This document shows, piece by piece, positions 62,675 through 64,000 of a DNA stretch of 64,000 bases. The DNA comes from a virus. The stretch is from the IMG/VR virus record IMGVR_UViG_3300000956_000011, positions 1,212 to 65,211 of that record, one strand, 5' to 3'. The position numbers were made by a program, and so were the translations under genes. How positions within the stretch are numbered: the stretch's first letter is position 1; every line of letters starts with the position of its first letter. The notes under the pieces are model-generated. The model did no database searches. It had not been told where the DNA came from and saw nothing but the letters and a program-made list of their open reading frames with translations.

Positions 62675-63847
62675 CTACCGCCTCCTTATCTCAATTCCGT
62701 TACGCTCCATGTCCGCACGGTGGTCGCGGTACGGATCGCGGAACTTGTACATTTCGTCTCGATAGAACTCCCAGTCGTCGCCTTGCTCCTCAAGGGTGCA
62801 CATATCAAAGAAAGCACACCGCTCGCATTCGTGGTTCGGAGTTTTGTAGATCGGAATTTCCCCGTCACGCATGAGCTGCATTGTGATGCCTTGGCTTTGC
62901 ACGCGGCGAGCCTGGCCGACGTTCTGCCTGGGGGTGCGCGGACTGTAGTAACGCTCGAATCGCTTGGCGGGTTGCGTCTGGCTCACCTCGCCTTCGACGA
63001 TCAAACCGCGCTTGTGCGCCATCTCGGCCAATTCCTCAACCTTGTACTTGCTCAAGGACAGCCGGTCCGTCTTGGTGAGCGCTGCGATGTAGTGCGCCTT
63101 CGTGGGCTTGTTGAGAGATTCTCCCTTGGCGTTCACCGGGCGCATGTCCGGCGGAGACTTCTTGGCGTAGCTGAACCATATGCCGCGAATGTGGTCCTTC
63201 TTCGTAAGAATTCCCTTGTTTACCAACACTTCCTTCGCCACCCACGGGTACGTACCTGCCTGGTTGTCCAGGTCAAGATACCCCGGGGAAGGGATCGTCT
63301 TCGCGGTTTTGTGGTCTACAAGTTCGTAAATACGTTTCTCCAGGTTCCAGACAAGCAGATCCCAGGTACCAGCCAGTACGAGCAAGACCTGATTCTTGAA
63401 CTCCGGGTCTGGCACGTCAATCTGGAATGTCTGCTCGGTATGAACAACCTGCCACTTGTGGTCGCCGCCGTAGTACTTCACGTACTCCGCTAGCATGATC
63501 GGTCCGAGCTCACGAGCGGGGATCAGCTTGACCGTCTTGCCCTTTGCCTCCTGCTTTTCCCGATCAGCTTCTTCAAGGTCGTTGATATCCACGCCTATCT
63601 TACGACCCTGCTCGTCCAGGCTGGCCAAGAACATATCCGTAGCGTCAAGGAGGCTTCCGCGCTTGCGCCCGATGGGATAGTACGCCTCCATGGCCCGATG
63701 CCAGGCAGTACCGAACACTGCCCATGTAGGCTCGCGCATGGGGCTGAGACCGTTCAGCCACCGCCACTCCCACATCTGCGGGCAACGTGCGTGGTCGTTG
63801 CGCTCAGAAGTGCGAACAAGCGGTGGCTCCGGCCGAACGTCCTTCAT
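62675..63847 (-). CDS. Cas4-like PD-(D/E)xK exonuclease (390 aa)
   Basis: RTSER...CPQMW; GTAWH; AGTWD, LVDHKT; C-terminal CERC...C completes a 1+3 Cys Fe-S staple. Confidence 0.85.
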   Translation of the reverse strand: MKDVRPEPPLVRTSERNDHARCPQMWEWRWLNGLSPMREPTWAVFGTAWHRAMEAYYPIGRKRGSLLDATDMFLASLDEQGRKIGVDINDLEEADREKQEAKGKTVKLIPARELGPIMLAEYVKYYGGDHKWQVVHTEQTFQIDVPDPEFKNQVLLVLAGTWDLLVWNLEKRIYELVDHKTAKTIPSPGYLDLDNQAGTYPWVAKEVLVNKGILTKKDHIRGIWFSYAKKSPPDMRPVNAKGESLNKPTKAHYIAALTKTDRLSLSKYKVEELAEMAHKRGLIVEGEVSQTQPAKRFERYYSPRTPRQNVGQARRVQSQGITMQLMRDGEIPIYKTPNHECERCAFFDMCTLEEQGDDWEFYRDEMYKFRDPYRDHRADMERNGIEIRRR

Positions 63848-63848
63848 G

Positions 63849-64000
63849 TCAGGTGGGCTGGCCGTTGGCGCGCTTGTAGGCGAGGATGCCGTTGGTGAGC
63901 TGGTGACTGCGCACGTCGATCACGAGCAGGTCACTGGCGCGCAGGAAGTCGTCGTCGTCCTTCTCCAGACCCTCGTTGAGCGTCTTGACGAGCTTGCTGA
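63849..64000 (-). CDS. 3' end of a gene truncated by the window edge
   Basis: ...SKLVKTLNEGLEKDDDFLRASDLLVIDVRSHQLTNGILAYKRANGQPT-stop, abutting the Cas4 start. Confidence 0.55.
   Translation of the reverse strand, partial: SKLVKTLNEGLEKDDDDFLRASDLLVIDVRSHQLTNGILAYKRANGQPT

Noticed and set aside
62675-63847. Cas4-like gene as evidence of a CRISPR-Cas system
   Set aside because: No cas1/cas2 and no repeat-spacer array; its Sak4 and SSB neighbours mark it as a phage recombination nuclease.
1-64000. tRNA/tmRNA genes, reverse transcriptase/DGR, integrase
   Set aside because: No cloverleaf with a T-loop GTTCRA in non-coding gaps, and no RT (YxDD) or tyrosine/serine recombinase motifs found by eye; a tRNAscan/ARAGORN run would be decisive.

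Overview
The window is most of the genome of a high-GC, long-tailed (siphovirus-like) actinobacteriophage. Essentially every real gene is on the minus strand, and most long plus-strand ORFs are antisense shadows. In transcription order (64000 to 1): recombination genes (Cas4-like exonuclease, Sak4-like AAA ATPase, DUF669-like SSB); an AT-rich control/origin region; a DnaG-primase/MCM-helicase fusion; a nucleotide-metabolism or modification block around a phage DnaE (DenV-like, UGM-like flavoprotein, MazG-like, HAD, DUF1599/Nmad1, VOC-fold, SDR, variant ThyX, HD hydrolase); small membrane proteins and a secreted metzincin; a RuvC-like resolvase; a second AT-rich region; terminase, a JAB/MPN protease, portal, head, neck, tail and lysis genes; then a cassette-like early region (about 3.3-10.8 kb) with repeated promoters, terminators and a recurring leader motif, ending in an SNF2 helicase cut by the window edge. 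No integrase, tRNA, CRISPR array, intein or reverse transcriptase was seen. The best novelty candidates are (1) a structured non-coding element at 10837-10950 whose hairpin loop and 5' arm are exact complements of the GGCAGCAAC and GGCCAGGCAG motifs in many early-gene ribosome-binding regions, and (2) the uncharacterised DnaE-linked enzyme set that suggests a hypermodified nucleotide. All protein family calls come from motif recognition by eye, not from database searches.
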